Assembly: GCA_964016885.1 (NCBI GenBank)
Contig: OZ024741.1
Span: 386,632,001 to 386,696,000, forward strand
Length of the DNA stretch: 64,000 nt
From: Eledone cirrhosa
Lineage: Eukaryota
Direction: 5' to 3'
The notes under the pieces are model-generated. The model did no database searches. It saw only the letters and a list, made by a program, of their open reading frames with translations, and had not been told where the DNA came from. Of the stretch, positions 14,236-27,825 are shown one piece after another; position 1 is the first letter of the stretch; each line of letters begins with the position of its first letter. The position numbers and the translations under genes were made by a program.

Positions 14236-14275
14236 GCCCTTGAGAAGCCCAACTGGGCGAAACGTACGTAGGTGC
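14236..14275 (+). ncRNA. Hammerhead ribozyme in the Neptune pLTR, U3-A8 variant (mirror copy on - strand at 13114-13153)
   Basis: gccc-TTGAGAA-gccc/aact/gggc-GAAA-cgtacg-TA-ggtgc; stem I short. Confidence 0.75.
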
Positions 14276-14488
14276 TGTTTTAAATAAACATGTTTTAACG
14301 GTCTATTCTCCGATTTTTTTACTTTCCCACGTGCTTACGCTCTGCTAACTCTCGAGCCCACTAAATATTAACACTTCGAATATTTAATACTGCCGGCACT
14401 AGTATCGAGCACCTTTGGCATACGCTACTTGGCAAATAACTATATGTATCACCTATCCCCCCTGTTTTTCTCTTTCTCGATACGTAAA

Positions 14489-14517
<29 letters not shown>

Positions 14518-14522
<5 letters not shown>

Positions 14523-14707
14523 GTTTCTACTTTAGGCACAAGGCCAGCAAATACCCAGTGCATTACTGGTACTTTATTTTATCGACCCCGTAAGGATGAA
14601 AGGCAAAGTCAACCTCGGCGGGATTTGAACTCAGATCGTAAAGGGACGTAACTATGCTGGAAAGCATGGCGTCCGATCCTCTACTGATACTGCCAATCCA
14701 CCGCCCT
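14518..14707 (-). mobile_element. tRNA-derived SINE, family S1
   Basis: A-box tggcagtatc, B-box gagttcaaatcc, core gcctttcatccttacggggtcgataaaataaagtaccag. Confidence 0.8.
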
Positions 14708-14924
14708 ACATATATATAATTTTGTAATCATTAATAAGTAATAGTCATATTTATTAAAAATAATTTTCGGAATTTTCATATAGCTTGGGGCCTCTGTGGG
14801 TGAAAATCCAGTCCTGATTATCAGACAACATTATTACAAGAAGGGTACAAGCATGGGTACAAGCAATGGTACCAAGGGTATAAGCAAATTCAGCCAAAGC
14901 GTAATTTGGTAATTTATGACTCTG

Positions 14925-15500
14925 GGGGCAGCATGGTCAACTGGTTAAGAAATTTGCTTCGTAATGATTAGGTCCCGAGTATAATCCGACTGTGTGGCAT
15001 CTTGGGCATGTGTCATTTAACATAGCTTCGAGTCGTTCCATGATTGTGGGTACACATTGGGTTGACGAAAACTGTTTGGAAGCCCGTAAGGTAAACTGTA
15101 CTTATATTTCAAGGGATCAGCCTTATCATACACTATGTCACGCTGAATCTCTATGAGAATTACAACGAGGGTATGCGTGTCTGCAGGAACCGCAGCAGCA
15201 CAAATAACAAGAGCTGTTAAAAGGGCAGATGAACTCCTCAGAATCAACGGTCATCGACCCCAACTATGGGTTAAATAACTACACCAACCCACAATTGACC
15301 AAGTGTGGTGAGTACAGCTGCGTCTCTGACATGACCAAAACCAAACAGAAAACGGTGGAGGTGAAAGATGGAAGGGTTCCTCTAACAAGTGTAAGAAGGC
15401 TCTGGATTGGATTGGATACGTGTCTATAGAATACTCGACCACTTACACGTTAATTTGACGAGCAGGCCGTCCGTAATCGAACAATTGGAACACTAATCAC
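14925..15500 (+). mobile_element. Degenerate S2-related SINE, interrupted
   Basis: tRNA-like head; tgtcacgctgaatctc and acgttaatttgacgagcagg tail blocks. Confidence 0.5.
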
Positions 15501-15589
15501 TGGTAGTCCATTCCAATATGTGATTAGTTCTCACTACAATTTAACGAGCCCACAAGTATAACAGACACATCATGACCGATAGTTGAAGT

Positions 15590-15960
15590 AAGAATGGCAT
15601 TTGGTGATTTTACTACAAAAGATCTATGGAAATATTGCCTATTAGAAGGTGACAAACAAGTGAGAATATTTATACAATATTCAAACTATAGGCAATGTCA
15701 ATATATATACTGCTGCACAACTTACCTGTAAGTGATACGATATGGTACCTGCAATGGATGGTAGTCTCATAAGATTTATTGCTCTTTGCAACAAAGACGA
15801 ATTCCTTCTGCACTTTATGTCGTTCCATTTTGTTTTCCGTCAAAGTTGCTCAGAGAAAATACAATGGATATTGTTAAAAAAATAATTAACAAAATAGTTA
15901 GAGCAGCTCCTTTACTACACTGTCTTTTCAAAACGTTACTAGAATATATTGAAGATAGGC
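15590..15960 (+). pseudogene. hAT (Charlie/Buster-like) transposase fragment
   Basis: TMDIVKKIINKIVRAAPLLHCLFKTLLEYIED with an upstream degenerate (D)GxPAMxG. Confidence 0.55.
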
Positions 15961-16210
15961 AACCTGCTCGCGAAATCCATGTAGTGATGAAAGAGCTGTG
16001 TCTGGACAGAGCATTAGCCTTCAAAATAAGCTTTAAAATGACAAAGGCATGAGTTGCTGTTCTATGTCTTGCTTCAATATTCTCCTTTGAACTTACAGTT
16101 GCGGTCACAATGCTTTGTATTCGAACCTGTCTACATGTGTGTGTATGTTTACTTCTATTCATTCAATACTGATTTTTCTTTCAGACATGCTACATTCTCA
16201 TTTTAAGCTA

Positions 16211-16267
<57 letters not shown>

Positions 16268-16277
16268 TGTGTGTGTG

Positions 16278-16475
<198 letters not shown>

Positions 16476-16565
16476 ATTAGCAACGTAAAGTGCTTTCATG
16501 ATATTTGATATTTTCGAATAATTTGACGTATTTTTCAGTAGACAACTATGCTTGAACCGGGAAGA

Positions 16566-16880
16566 AGGCACGTGGTTTAGTCGTTAGCGTTTTCGGCTCA
16601 CGATCATGAGGTTGTGAGTTCGATTCCCGGCGACACGTTATGTCTCTGAGCAAAACACTATTTCACTTTGCTTCAGCCCACTTAGCTGGCAAAAATGAGT
16701 TGAACCAGAAATTCGAAGGACCGACTCAGTCACATTCGGTGTCACGCTGAATCTTCCCGAGAACTACGTTAAGAGTACACTTGTCTGCTCAGTCACATAC
16801 GCGTCAATTTCACGAGAAGGTTGTTTGTTCTTTTGATCTAATCAATTTGAACACTCGTCGGAGTAACAGACGGTGTGTCA
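16566..16880 (+). mobile_element. tRNA-derived SINE, family S2
   Basis: ggcacgtggtttagtcgttagc head, gagttcgattcc B-box, shared body. Confidence 0.75.
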
Positions 16881-17257
16881 GATTTGGGAAGCGACTATAC
16901 GAACCCAATGAAATATGTGGCCTAGTGCCAATGTGTGAAACGAAGATAACATTAAAACAGACGCCAAGAGAGAACATTGTATAACCTGGAGTTAAACATA
17001 CTCAATACTATTTGATATCTTTGAGAAAAATAATGAATCTTTAATTACACAAATAAGTATTCAATTTATATTAAATTACTCTTTTAATCTTAAAGGCTTA
17101 AACTAATTATTTTTTATATATGGGATTTTAGAGATTTCGTCGGCGATTGGTTGTTTGAAATTTGATTATGGATGAAATTATGTTATATTTAGTTTTATCT
17201 AGTTATAACCGGTTACAACCTGCTATATCCCGTGATATCGATCTCTATGTATGTATG

Positions 17258-17295
<38 letters not shown>

Positions 17296-17296
17296 A

Positions 17297-17347
<51 letters not shown>

Positions 17348-17588
17348 CAATATATTTAGAAACACACACATACATGCGGGGACACACATATACATGAATG
17401 CATCCACACCCAACCGTGAGTTAATGGTGCCAACCTTACCGATGTTGCTCAATGAATGACTGGGACAGACCAATCCGGTTGAACTAGACTGAACCAGTAT
17501 CAGAGTTAAAAATACATTATGAAGAAAGAAACATTTAGATATAATTAGTAATAAAATGTATCATACCTAGTATATATGTATGTAATGG

Positions 17589-17680
<92 letters not shown>

Positions 17681-17687
17681 TATATAC

Positions 17688-17718
<31 letters not shown>

Positions 17719-17747
17719 CATATATATATATACATATATATATATAC

Positions 17748-17822
<75 letters not shown>

Positions 17823-17826
<4 letters not shown>

Positions 17827-18455
17827 AAAAAGAGATGAAATCGAAAATGCAACTGAAGTCTTATTTTTTTTTTAAATATATATATTTATTTGGTTCCTTT
17901 ACCGGTTTCGCAGTTCTTCTGCTTTTCAAAAGGTGAGTTGAGATGGAGGGTCTGTGGTTTTTCTCACATCTGGTTGGTCTCTGAATGTTACTTGTTTTAT
18001 ATGGAAAAAGTGGCTCGAAATTCCAGGTTTTTCGAGAAGTAATTTGATTGGTTTGTCAATAATTATAATAAATTTCGCGCCAGTTCGCGTTACAATAGTT
18101 CTTCAAATAAGAGAGGGGGGGGGGGGGGTTGTCACAGGTTGTTTTTTCATATATGAGTGTTTGAATTTCTTTTTACTTGAAAAAAGGAGGCTCACGAAGG
18201 CTTTTTTTTGGTTGGTTATAAATGAAATTTGGCTGTCACGTGAACAAGTTTTTATTACATTTTTGCGCCCTTATTTGGAAAACTATTCTGTAGTCTTTAT
18301 AGTGAATGTTATGACAATGGAGAGATAGTGGTCAAGAGAAAAGGGATTGGGAGAAATGTTCTGGTTCAGTGAATATGGCCAGCTCGCCGGGGTGTCAGAG
18401 TTCAGATTTTCTATTGAGACTGAAGATATGTATGTTTATTTGTGTGCTTGTGTGT

Positions 18456-18535
<80 letters not shown>

Positions 18536-19076
18536 TGGAAGATGATTCTATTAGTAGAGATTGGGGAGGGAGTTGTGTGTGTGTGTATATGGGTGTTATG
18601 TGTGTGTGTGCGAGTATGTTAAGATGGAGAGAATATATATTTTGTGTGTGTGTATATATATATGTGTGTAGGAAAGTGGTTCTATTAGTAGAAATGGGGA
18701 GGGAGTTGTAGGAGTGGGGGTTGTTATGTGTGTGTATGGGTGTTATGTGTGTGGGAGTATGGTTAGCATGTTAAGATGAAGAGAATATATATATATATAT
18801 ATATATTGTGTGTGTGTGTATGTGTGTGTGTAGGAAAGTGATTCCTTTAGTAGGAATATTTTTGAATGAACACATTTTCCTTACTTTTTCGTGTTTGCTG
18901 TTGTATTGCCAGTGCAAACGTATGTTAAGGTTTATTTAGTTCGGGTTTTTATTTTCTAAAGTAGAAGGTGTTATGTGTGTGTGTGTATGTCATATTGTTA
19001 TGTGTGTGTGTGTATGTCATATACACACACACACAACTCCCTCCCCAATCTCTACTAATAGAATCATCTTCCAATA

Positions 19077-19123
<47 letters not shown>

Positions 19124-19808
19124 ACACAAGCACACAAATAAACATACATATCTTCAGTCTCAATAGAAAATCTGAACTCTGACACCCCGGCGAGCTGGCC
19201 ATATTCACTGAACCAGAACATTTCTCCCAATCCCTTTTCTCTTGACCACTATCTCTCCATTGTCATAACATTCACTATAAAGACTACAGAATAGTTTTCC
19301 AAATAAGGGCGCAAAAATGTAATAAAAACTTGTTCACGTGACAGCCAAATTTCATTTATAACCAACCAAAAAAAAGCCTTCGTGAGCCTCATTTTTTCAA
19401 GTAAAAAGAAATTCAAACACTCATATATGAAAAAACAACCTGTGACAAACCCCCCCCCCCTCTTATTTGAAGAACTATTGTAACGCGAACTGGCGCGAAA
19501 TTTATTATAATTATTGACAAACCAATCAAATTACTTCTCGAAAAACCTGGAATTTCGAGCCACTTTTTCCATATAAAACAAGTAACATTCAGAGACCAAC
19601 CAGATGTGAGAAAAACCACAGACCCTCCATCTCAACTCACCTTTTGAAAAGCAGAAGAACTGCGAAACCGGGAAAGGAACCAAATAAATATATATATTTT
19701 AAAAAAAAATAAGACTTCAGTTGCATTTTCGATTTCATCTCTTTTTCTTTATACTTTCACTCGTGTAGGACACCTCGGTTATTTTTCATTTTGTAAAAAA
19801 AACCTCAC

Positions 19809-19815
<7 letters not shown>
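17823..19815. mobile_element. Family C element as a large inverted repeat (~17823-18590 / ~19020-19752)
   Basis: ~750-bp near-identical arms; HHR near the outer ends; same family as 43285-43627; flanked by (TA)n. Confidence 0.85.
17896..17933 (-). ncRNA. Hammerhead ribozyme, family C (U3-A8); the partner at 19640-19677 (+) has TA>GA at the cleavage site
   Basis: cctt-TTGAAAA-gcag/aagaa/ctgc-GAAA-ccgg-TA-aagg. Confidence 0.8.
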
Positions 19816-19883
<68 letters not shown>

Positions 19884-20044
19884 CATATATATATACATAC
19901 ACATATATATATATACATACATACATATTTACATATACATACATACATATATACATACATATATATATATATCTTAAAACATTTATACTCTGCTATGTAT
20001 TGAGTACCTTACTGTGGTTCCCCCCGATTTAACCCGGAATAACT

Positions 20045-20085
<41 letters not shown>

Positions 20086-20089
20086 TGGA

Positions 20090-20141
<52 letters not shown>

Positions 20142-20182
20142 ATATATATATACATATATATGTGTATATATGTATGTAATGG

Positions 20183-20271
<89 letters not shown>

Positions 20272-21199
20272 ATGTATGTATATATGTAACACATGATATA
20301 AATCGATATCACGGGATATAACAGATTATTACCGGATATAACAAGACATGACATAATATATCACCGCATCATATGACAAAATGAAGCATATTATAACCGG
20401 ATATAAGAATATATAAGATCATGTAGTATATCGTCGTGTCACATGAAGTGACAAGTATTAACGCCACATGACTAAATATAAAATTCCAGAAAAGATGTCA
20501 TAATATGATGTAAGGCGGTAAAACTTGATATAGCGTTGGAATAAATATATAACATGTATTTATACTTTAGTAACTATAACCTTTGCCCTTAAATACGCTC
20601 ATGCCATGGTTTCATAGATATGCGTATGTGTCTGTGCTTAATAACATCTAACCGGATACTGCTGTGAAATCACAATAGGTCAATAAAAAAGTACCAATCA
20701 AGTACTGGAGTCGATTCTTCCTCTATATCTCTATCTCACTTCCATTCTGTCCCTCTCTATCCTTCTCTGGAAGAAATCTGCTGTACTCAAACATGCAGAA
20801 GAGATGGCCCCGCCAGGTTTAAAACTGCCCTAGAAACGCCATATGTCAATATGGTGCCTTATTGTGTGCATGTGTGTATGTATGTATATGTGTGTATGCA
20901 CGCACGAACGCTTGTGTGTGTTGGACCTCCGTCGAACCTGGCGAGGTGTGATCCAGTTATTCTAACAACAGAACAGCCTGATGGTAAAATGAACGTTAAA
21001 CAAAGCTGGAACGCTCAGCTTAAACATCCCTACAAATTATTTCTTTCGAGTTACTATTGTATCTAACGTCTGTCCAGTGGTTGTATATCATGAAAAACTA
21101 GTATTGAAAATGCTACATGTTTCATTTCGTTCATACCTGAAATGGTTTTAGTACATTGTAACATGTGTTGGACCTCTGTTGGTTCTAGAAGTTAGAAGA

Positions 21200-21465
21200 A
21201 CGGAACAGCTTGCTCGTGAAATTAACGTGCAAGTGTCTGAGCATTCTGCAGACATGGCTTTCCTTAATGTAGTTCCCATAGAGATTTAGCGTTATGTTAA
21301 GACTGGACTTTGAATTATATGTACAACTTATTTTTGCTAATTGAGTGAACTGGAACAACATGAAATAAAGTGTCTTACTGAAGGACACAACGCTTCACAG
21401 GGAATCGAACTCACGATCTTAGGATTGTGAGTCAAACACTCTAACCATTAAATCACACGCCTTCA
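21200..21465 (-). mobile_element. SINE, family S2
   Basis: ggaatcgaactcacgatc and gctcgtgaaattaacgtgcaagtg blocks. Confidence 0.7.
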
Positions 21466-22787
21466 CATTTAGCTATATTACAGCAAATAAAATCTGAAAT
21501 AGGATCAGGAAACACCTTGGTACTAGAATGTCCCAAAATCTGCAATATTTTGATATCGCAGTTTGTTGTCAACATTTACTGAACAATTTACCAACGAGTC
21601 AGCTGTGTTCCATTGTTCTAACAATTGGAAGACTTGTCGTCGCAACCAGTAGATGCCCTACACGTACACACACATGGCTAAATATTTTAAATGGCTTAAC
21701 TCCTTGTTTTGTAACTGTACTGCCGATGTCAATGAAACCATGGTGTAGTCACATCTCAACAACGCAACTACTTTTGATTTCCAATATCTTTCTTAACTCC
21801 ACTCCAGGGCCTTCTCACTTTTTGTTGGAGGAACACCTCCCTGGTTGACCGCCACAGCTTTCTGTTTGGTCCATAAGGATGAAATGCAAAGCTAATCCCG
21901 GCGGGATTTTAACTCAGAACGTAAAGGGACATAACTCTATGCTACAAGGCCTGGTGTCTGACGCTCTAGGCGGGTTTAAAGCAGGTTGTACTGGGTTACA
22001 TGTTACCAGTAGCAGGCAGAAGTCTGACCTTATCAAAAATCTTTCTTAACTACTCACCAATAAATTCTAAAATATCGCTCATAAATTAGACGAACAAGTG
22101 TTAATGTAGTCGTTTAGCTCCAGGTTAGCCCCTTATCGAGTAAAACTATGTGTTAATGTGATTAGATAAATAGGTGACCGTTAATGATCCATGCGAAACA
22201 TCTTAAACTCTTAAACACAAAATTCATTTCCCCCTCCCCTGCCTCTAGCACCACAGCCGCCACCGCCGCCACTGCTGCTGAATGACTTGATAGTTGCTAT
22301 TGACAACAATCATGTGGTAATTATTTTCTTATTTTAACCTCTCTATTGAGTTATTGATTCTCCAAAACAATTTTATTTTTCTACAGCCATCAATATCACC
22401 GTGCTATAGATTACATTTACTCTTTCTTTCATCGCTACTTTGCCGTGGAGGTAATATCAAGACCAAAATATGCCTAGAGTTAGCTCCCTTCTGTTTTTTA
22501 CTGGTGGAACCCATGGAATCTTCACGATTTATGAATGCTATTATTTATGTTTTCATGCATAAATTTATAGATCTTCATAACAATGTTTCATTGCGTTCAA
22601 TTTGTTCGATTTAGTCTCATTGTTAAATTTGTTGAAAGTGTTTTGTTTTTCACAGACAATATGTTTGGCGAGCGAGCTATTCCGGTGAGCTATTCAGGAA
22701 GTCAGCACACGATGATGCAGACGATATTTTTTATTGGACACACCAGTTGATGTGGTATGATAGTTAAGTGTCCTGGTGTGTAGTGGG

Positions 22788-23062
22788 ACGGCGGATTGAC
22801 AGAATCGTTAGAGCATCGGACAAAATATCTTGTGGTATTTAATTACAACTCATTACATTCTGAGTTCAAATCTCACCGGGGTTGCTGATTGGCAGTATTG
22901 GTAGAGCATCAGACAATATGCTTTTTGACATAGAGTTGCGGCCCTTTATGTTCTGAGTTCAAATCCCGCCTAAGTTAACTTTGCTTTTCATCCTTACGGG
23001 ATCGATTTAATCGACTTTCCCTCCCCCAAAATTGTTGGCCATGTGCCTAAATCAGAAACCCA
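22788..23062 (+). mobile_element. S1 SINE with duplicated tRNA head
   Basis: Two successive A-box / ctgagttcaaat B-box heads, then the S1 core. Confidence 0.7.
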
Positions 23063-23064
23063 TT

Positions 23065-25075
23065 GTTGTTATTATTGTCACTTTGTCACGCAGTGCAGAT
23101 GGAAAATGCACCGAAGTATTTAGTCATCTGTCAAGTCACAACAATGACCTCCGACAGATAATACTTTCCTTAAAATATGCGCAGTACCTAACAATGTTGG
23201 TTTTTGTATGACACCAATCTTGCCTGGTATTTCCAACCACTTTATGAAGTTTTTAAGTTTTAATGGGATTGACCCTAATACCCAATCACAACTGATATCA
23301 CTTTCACATTATCCTCCTGCATTTCAAATATTCTTGCCATCTCCACTTTCAATTCGGAGTACTTCGTGATTTTTTCAACCTCTTTACTCATAATATTTAT
23401 GTCATTTGATATGACACGTCAATGATGATGTTATCTTTTCTTTTCTCTTTAACTCTTTGGTTAAACTCTTCCTTACCAGCCATTTCATCTACATTTATAC
23501 CTATATCTTCTGTTGCATATTGCAACAACTCTTCGTCATTGTTTACCAAATATTCTGCAAGCGTTCTCCTTTCACTCTTTATACAATAGACCTCTACCAC
23601 CATTCTTTCTTTTCATGTACAATCTATCAATATTTGCTTTAGGGTGTAAAGCTCCGTACAATGTCACTAACTTTCTCGTCTTTCTATCTAACTTTTCTAT
23701 TTCTTCTTCAGTCCACCCGAGAATGGAGTCCCTATATCTAACCCCTGCAACTGCCCAGTTATTCATTACTGTGACTAAATTTCTTGCATTGAAGTTGGAT
23801 TTTAAAATCATTTTTACTCTTTCAAAATGTCTCCCTAATCTTTTATTTCATTTCTACGTGTAAAATATCATCTCCAAATACTTTTATCCACTATCTTCCG
23901 GCTCCTCCATGGTTTCGCCCAATAACAGCCGTAATCCACTACAGGCTGTTTTCTCCCTTCTTTTCATGTTAAGTACAAAACATTTGGAGATCTCAAATTC
24001 TATATCGATGTCACTGCTACATATCTGGACTGTTTTAACCAAAGAATCTATCTGTTTTTCGGACTTCCCAAACAGTTTCAGTTCATCCATAAACAGAAGA
24101 TAATTTATGAATTGTCCTTTCTTCCACATTGGTAACCCATTTAACTTTCATAAGTGTCAGTGTTATAGGTATCAGTGCTATGGCAAATAATAATGGTGAA
24201 ATAGTAATTAGAGGATACCCCATTTAATTCCTACTTCCTATTGCTCGAGTACAACTTGGTCTTCCACTCTAGCATACTATTCAGTAGAACATTTGTGATG
24301 TTATTAGCAATACCAAACGCCTGCAGGCATTCAATAATCCAAGAATAAGGCACCACATCATATGCTTTCTTAAAGTCAATCCCGGCCATAGACATGCTGG
24401 TATGATGCTTTTGACAATGCCTCATAAGTGTTTTATCAATTACCAGGTGATCCTTGGTACCCTGAGACCTCCCCCAACATCCTTTTTGTTCCCTTGGTAA
24501 TATTCCTTCATGTAAAAGAAAATTATATGCCTTTTCCGCAAATATTCCAGTAAGTACCTTCCATGTTCAGGAATGCTATAGGAAGGTAGTTTCCCACAGT
24601 ATTCCCATTACTTCTATCTGATATTACAAGCATTGTCCTTCCCGTTACCATCCAAGAGGCAACTGCACCTTTCTGGACACATTTATTCAATTGAGTTGCT
24701 GGTCTTTCATTGCATTTCTTAAACCAAATCCATGGACCGGGAGTTTTCCAGTTTGGTATCAAGACCACTTGATCCATCACACCAGTTGTGCATATAGTAA
24801 TATGACTTCGTCTATTTCTTCCTTGCAATTCTGTCTTCATGGTTTTTATCCACTCGGCATCGCTTTTCTGAATAACATTGTTTCCCCATATCCTATTCCA
24901 GAACTCCTTGAACTGGTCAGCATTAGGAAAAGCATCCTTCCCACTGTCTCTTTTCAAAGTACAGAAGAATTATTTTGGATTATTTTAAAACAATATATTC
25001 TCCTCGAACTACTTATTTATGTACATATATCTCCTTATCTTCTGGCTGTTCGACAAAATCCTCTGTTTTAACTCT
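23065..25075 (-). pseudogene. R4/Dong-like (REL endonuclease) non-LTR retrotransposon, decayed
   Basis: KTPGP..WFKK, IDFKKAYDVVPYSWI, LLFMDELKLF, IDRLYMKRKNGGRGL, C-terminal TAHILRKVL. Confidence 0.85.
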
Positions 25076-25108
25076 TACTCACACTCAGACATACATATAT
25101 ATATATAC

Positions 25109-25161
<53 letters not shown>

Positions 25162-25421
25162 CACATACATACATACATACATACATACATACATACATAC
25201 ATACATACATACATACATACATACATACATACATACATACATACATACATACAAACATACATATATATATATAAAGGAGTTGACGAACCCAGCATATTTA
25301 TCAATGCCATGACTGGTTGTATCTCAGCGTACTCAATAGGTAATGTAGGATACATTCCCAGAGTATACACATAGTTATTCGCTTCAATACAACACACGTA
25401 AAACCAGTGCCTGTAATAGTT

Positions 25422-25532
25422 CCCGGACTCGAGTTTCGGCCACACTTAATGCAGCAGTAGGGTGCACTGCACCCTCTGTCTGCATATATTATACAACAAT
25501 GCATAATCGACGTATGTGGCTTCATCAGCGGG
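25422..25532 (-). ncRNA. Hammerhead ribozyme with long branched stem II, in insert 25273-25674
   Basis: cccg-CTGATGA-a-gccacat...gtgtggc-c-GAAA-ctcgag-TC-cggg. Confidence 0.8.
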
Positions 25533-25670
25533 TATCGCTTAATCAATAACCAATCGATCGACAGAATCCAAACCCCAACCCATGCCGACTATGACTGTTT
25601 GTGACGGCCGACACGGTAAAGTGATTAGCAACTGGAATCCGATACAATTCCATCCCTCGACCAGTCAACG

Positions 25671-25703
<33 letters not shown>

Positions 25704-25713
25704 CATACATACA

Positions 25714-25747
<34 letters not shown>

Positions 25748-25757
25748 GATATATGTA

Positions 25758-25848
<91 letters not shown>

Positions 25849-25880
25849 AGATCAAAAGATGGTTAAAGGAGTTCCATATA

Positions 25881-25947
25881 TTTTATTATGCGCATTTCAA
25901 AAACAAACATCATCAAACAATAATATTTGCGTTTTCATCAGATAAAA
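25881..25947 (-). ncRNA. Hammerhead ribozyme, family D (element ~25850-26010)
   Basis: ttttat-CTGATGA-stem II-GAAA-tgcgca-TA-ataaaa. Confidence 0.8.
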
Positions 25948-26113
25948 CAGGAGAACATGATATGAAGGCTAAAAAACACTTGTTGATAGTGCAGTTTTAA
26001 ATCAACATATATCTTTTGATCTTATATTATGCATACTCCAGTCCCACAAACTGTAGAGTGCTTCTTATCCGATATCTGCATTGCTTTATTGTACTACAAT
26101 AAAACTCACCTCC

Positions 26114-26149
<36 letters not shown>

Positions 26150-26317
26150 CACATATATACACATACATGCACACACATACACATCCATACACACACACGC
26201 GCGCACATTTACATATACATACATATACATACATATACGAACACACATATATATACATATACATACATATAAATAAAATATATCTATGCACACACACTCT
26301 TCTACACATACATATAA

Positions 26318-27352
26318 GGAGAGGTATCATTCTCGCAGAGAAAGTGTTCTTCTCAATACGTGTGCATTACCAGTTAAAGCAATTTTTTTCGCCTCTTGCA
26401 GAGATAGTAAACCAAGGATCATTCTCAAATACTGTTCTGTTCCTTTTTTTATCATCCCCAGTGCTCCCACAATCACTAGTATTGTAACGGCCTTGAGGTG
26501 CCACATTTTTTCGATTTGAATTAGCAGATCTTTATATTTTCTTAGCTTGTCGAATTCTTTTGCCGCGATATTGTGATCATATGGGATGCTCATATCAATC
26601 AATAAACAGACCTTGCTATGTTGGTATTTTACAATGATATCTGGTCTATTAGCTTTGATGGTCCTGTCAGTATGTACAGGAAAGTCCTAAAGAATCGTTA
26701 CTTTTTCTCCTTCAGTTACAGCCCCAGGGTGATGATTGTACCACTTGTCAGCAGCTTTGATTTTATAATGCTGGCATATTACCCAGTGTAGATATTGGCC
26801 AACTCTGTCATGTCTATATTTGTACTCTACTGGGGCTAAAACTTTACATCCAGAAACTAGGTGGTCCACTGTTTCAACCTCAACATTGCAGAATCAGCAC
26901 TTTGGATTTATTCCATTTCTCATCACACTGGCTTGGTAATTCCGTTTCAGTAAGCTTTGATCTTGGGCAGCTAAGATGAAGCCTTTGCTCTCTACTTTTA
27001 GCCTTGAGCTACGTAGCCACTGATGGGTGTGCTTTTGGTCAACATCAGCGTGTTTGCTACGGGCCACATATTTGCCATGCAGAAGTTTCTGCTCCCACTT
27101 TGATGCTAATTGTTCTTACTCCTTTTCTTTTGCCATTAATTTTATGTGCTTAGCAGCATCAATTGCAAGTTCTCTTAGTCTGTGCAACCTGGATATCAAT
27201 CATGAGATCGGTAGCATATTTTTGCTCTCTTTCAAGATAGAGTGAAGCTTCTTACTTCTCTCATATTTTTTCAACGAGTTTCAGCATCCAAAAAGTATTT
27301 GGCCAGTCCAATAGTGTTGGTCTTGTAGGTAAGTTCAAATTGGATCAGGCTA
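26318..27352 (-). pseudogene. R4/Dong-like LINE C-terminus (CCHC knuckle plus REL endonuclease)
   Basis: ETVDHLVSGC...RHDRV...NRPDII...IDMSIP..KLRKYKDL...VIVGALG...AHVLRRTLS. Confidence 0.85.
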
Positions 27353-27825
27353 CTGTCTAGATGATGTTGTTACCAGTCTTTTGTTACATCTTTTCCATAG
27401 GACTTATATATTTTCCATTGGATGTACTGCCCCACACTGTCGTGTCTGTTTTTGTATTCATACAGTGCTAAAGTGGTGCAGGCAGATATTAAGTAATCCA
27501 CTGTTTCAGTTTTTCTGTCACAGAACCGGTATTTTGTGTCATAATTGTTTCTACTTTTGGCACAAGGCCAGCAATTACCCAGTGCATTACTGGTACTTTA
27601 TTTTATCGACCTCGTAAGGATGAAAGGCAAAGTTAACCTCGGCTACATTTTGTGTCATAATGTTTCCCCAATATGTTTACCTGATAATGTTTTGTGGCGA
27701 GGCAACTGGTCTTGTGCAGCCAGTATGAGACCTGTTTCATACTGGCTGCACAAATATTTGGTGCTTTCTTTTATTATTATTATTATTGTTATTATTGTTA
27801 TTTTTTATTAGAATAAAGAAATTAT

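Larger units (their letters stand above)
13057..14492 (+). mobile_element. 5'-truncated Neptune-type Penelope-like element with inverted 5' pseudo-LTR
   Basis: 13057-13230 is the reverse complement of 14159-14332; GIY-YIG ORF between them; HHR in the pLTR; (TA)n on both sides. Confidence 0.9.
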
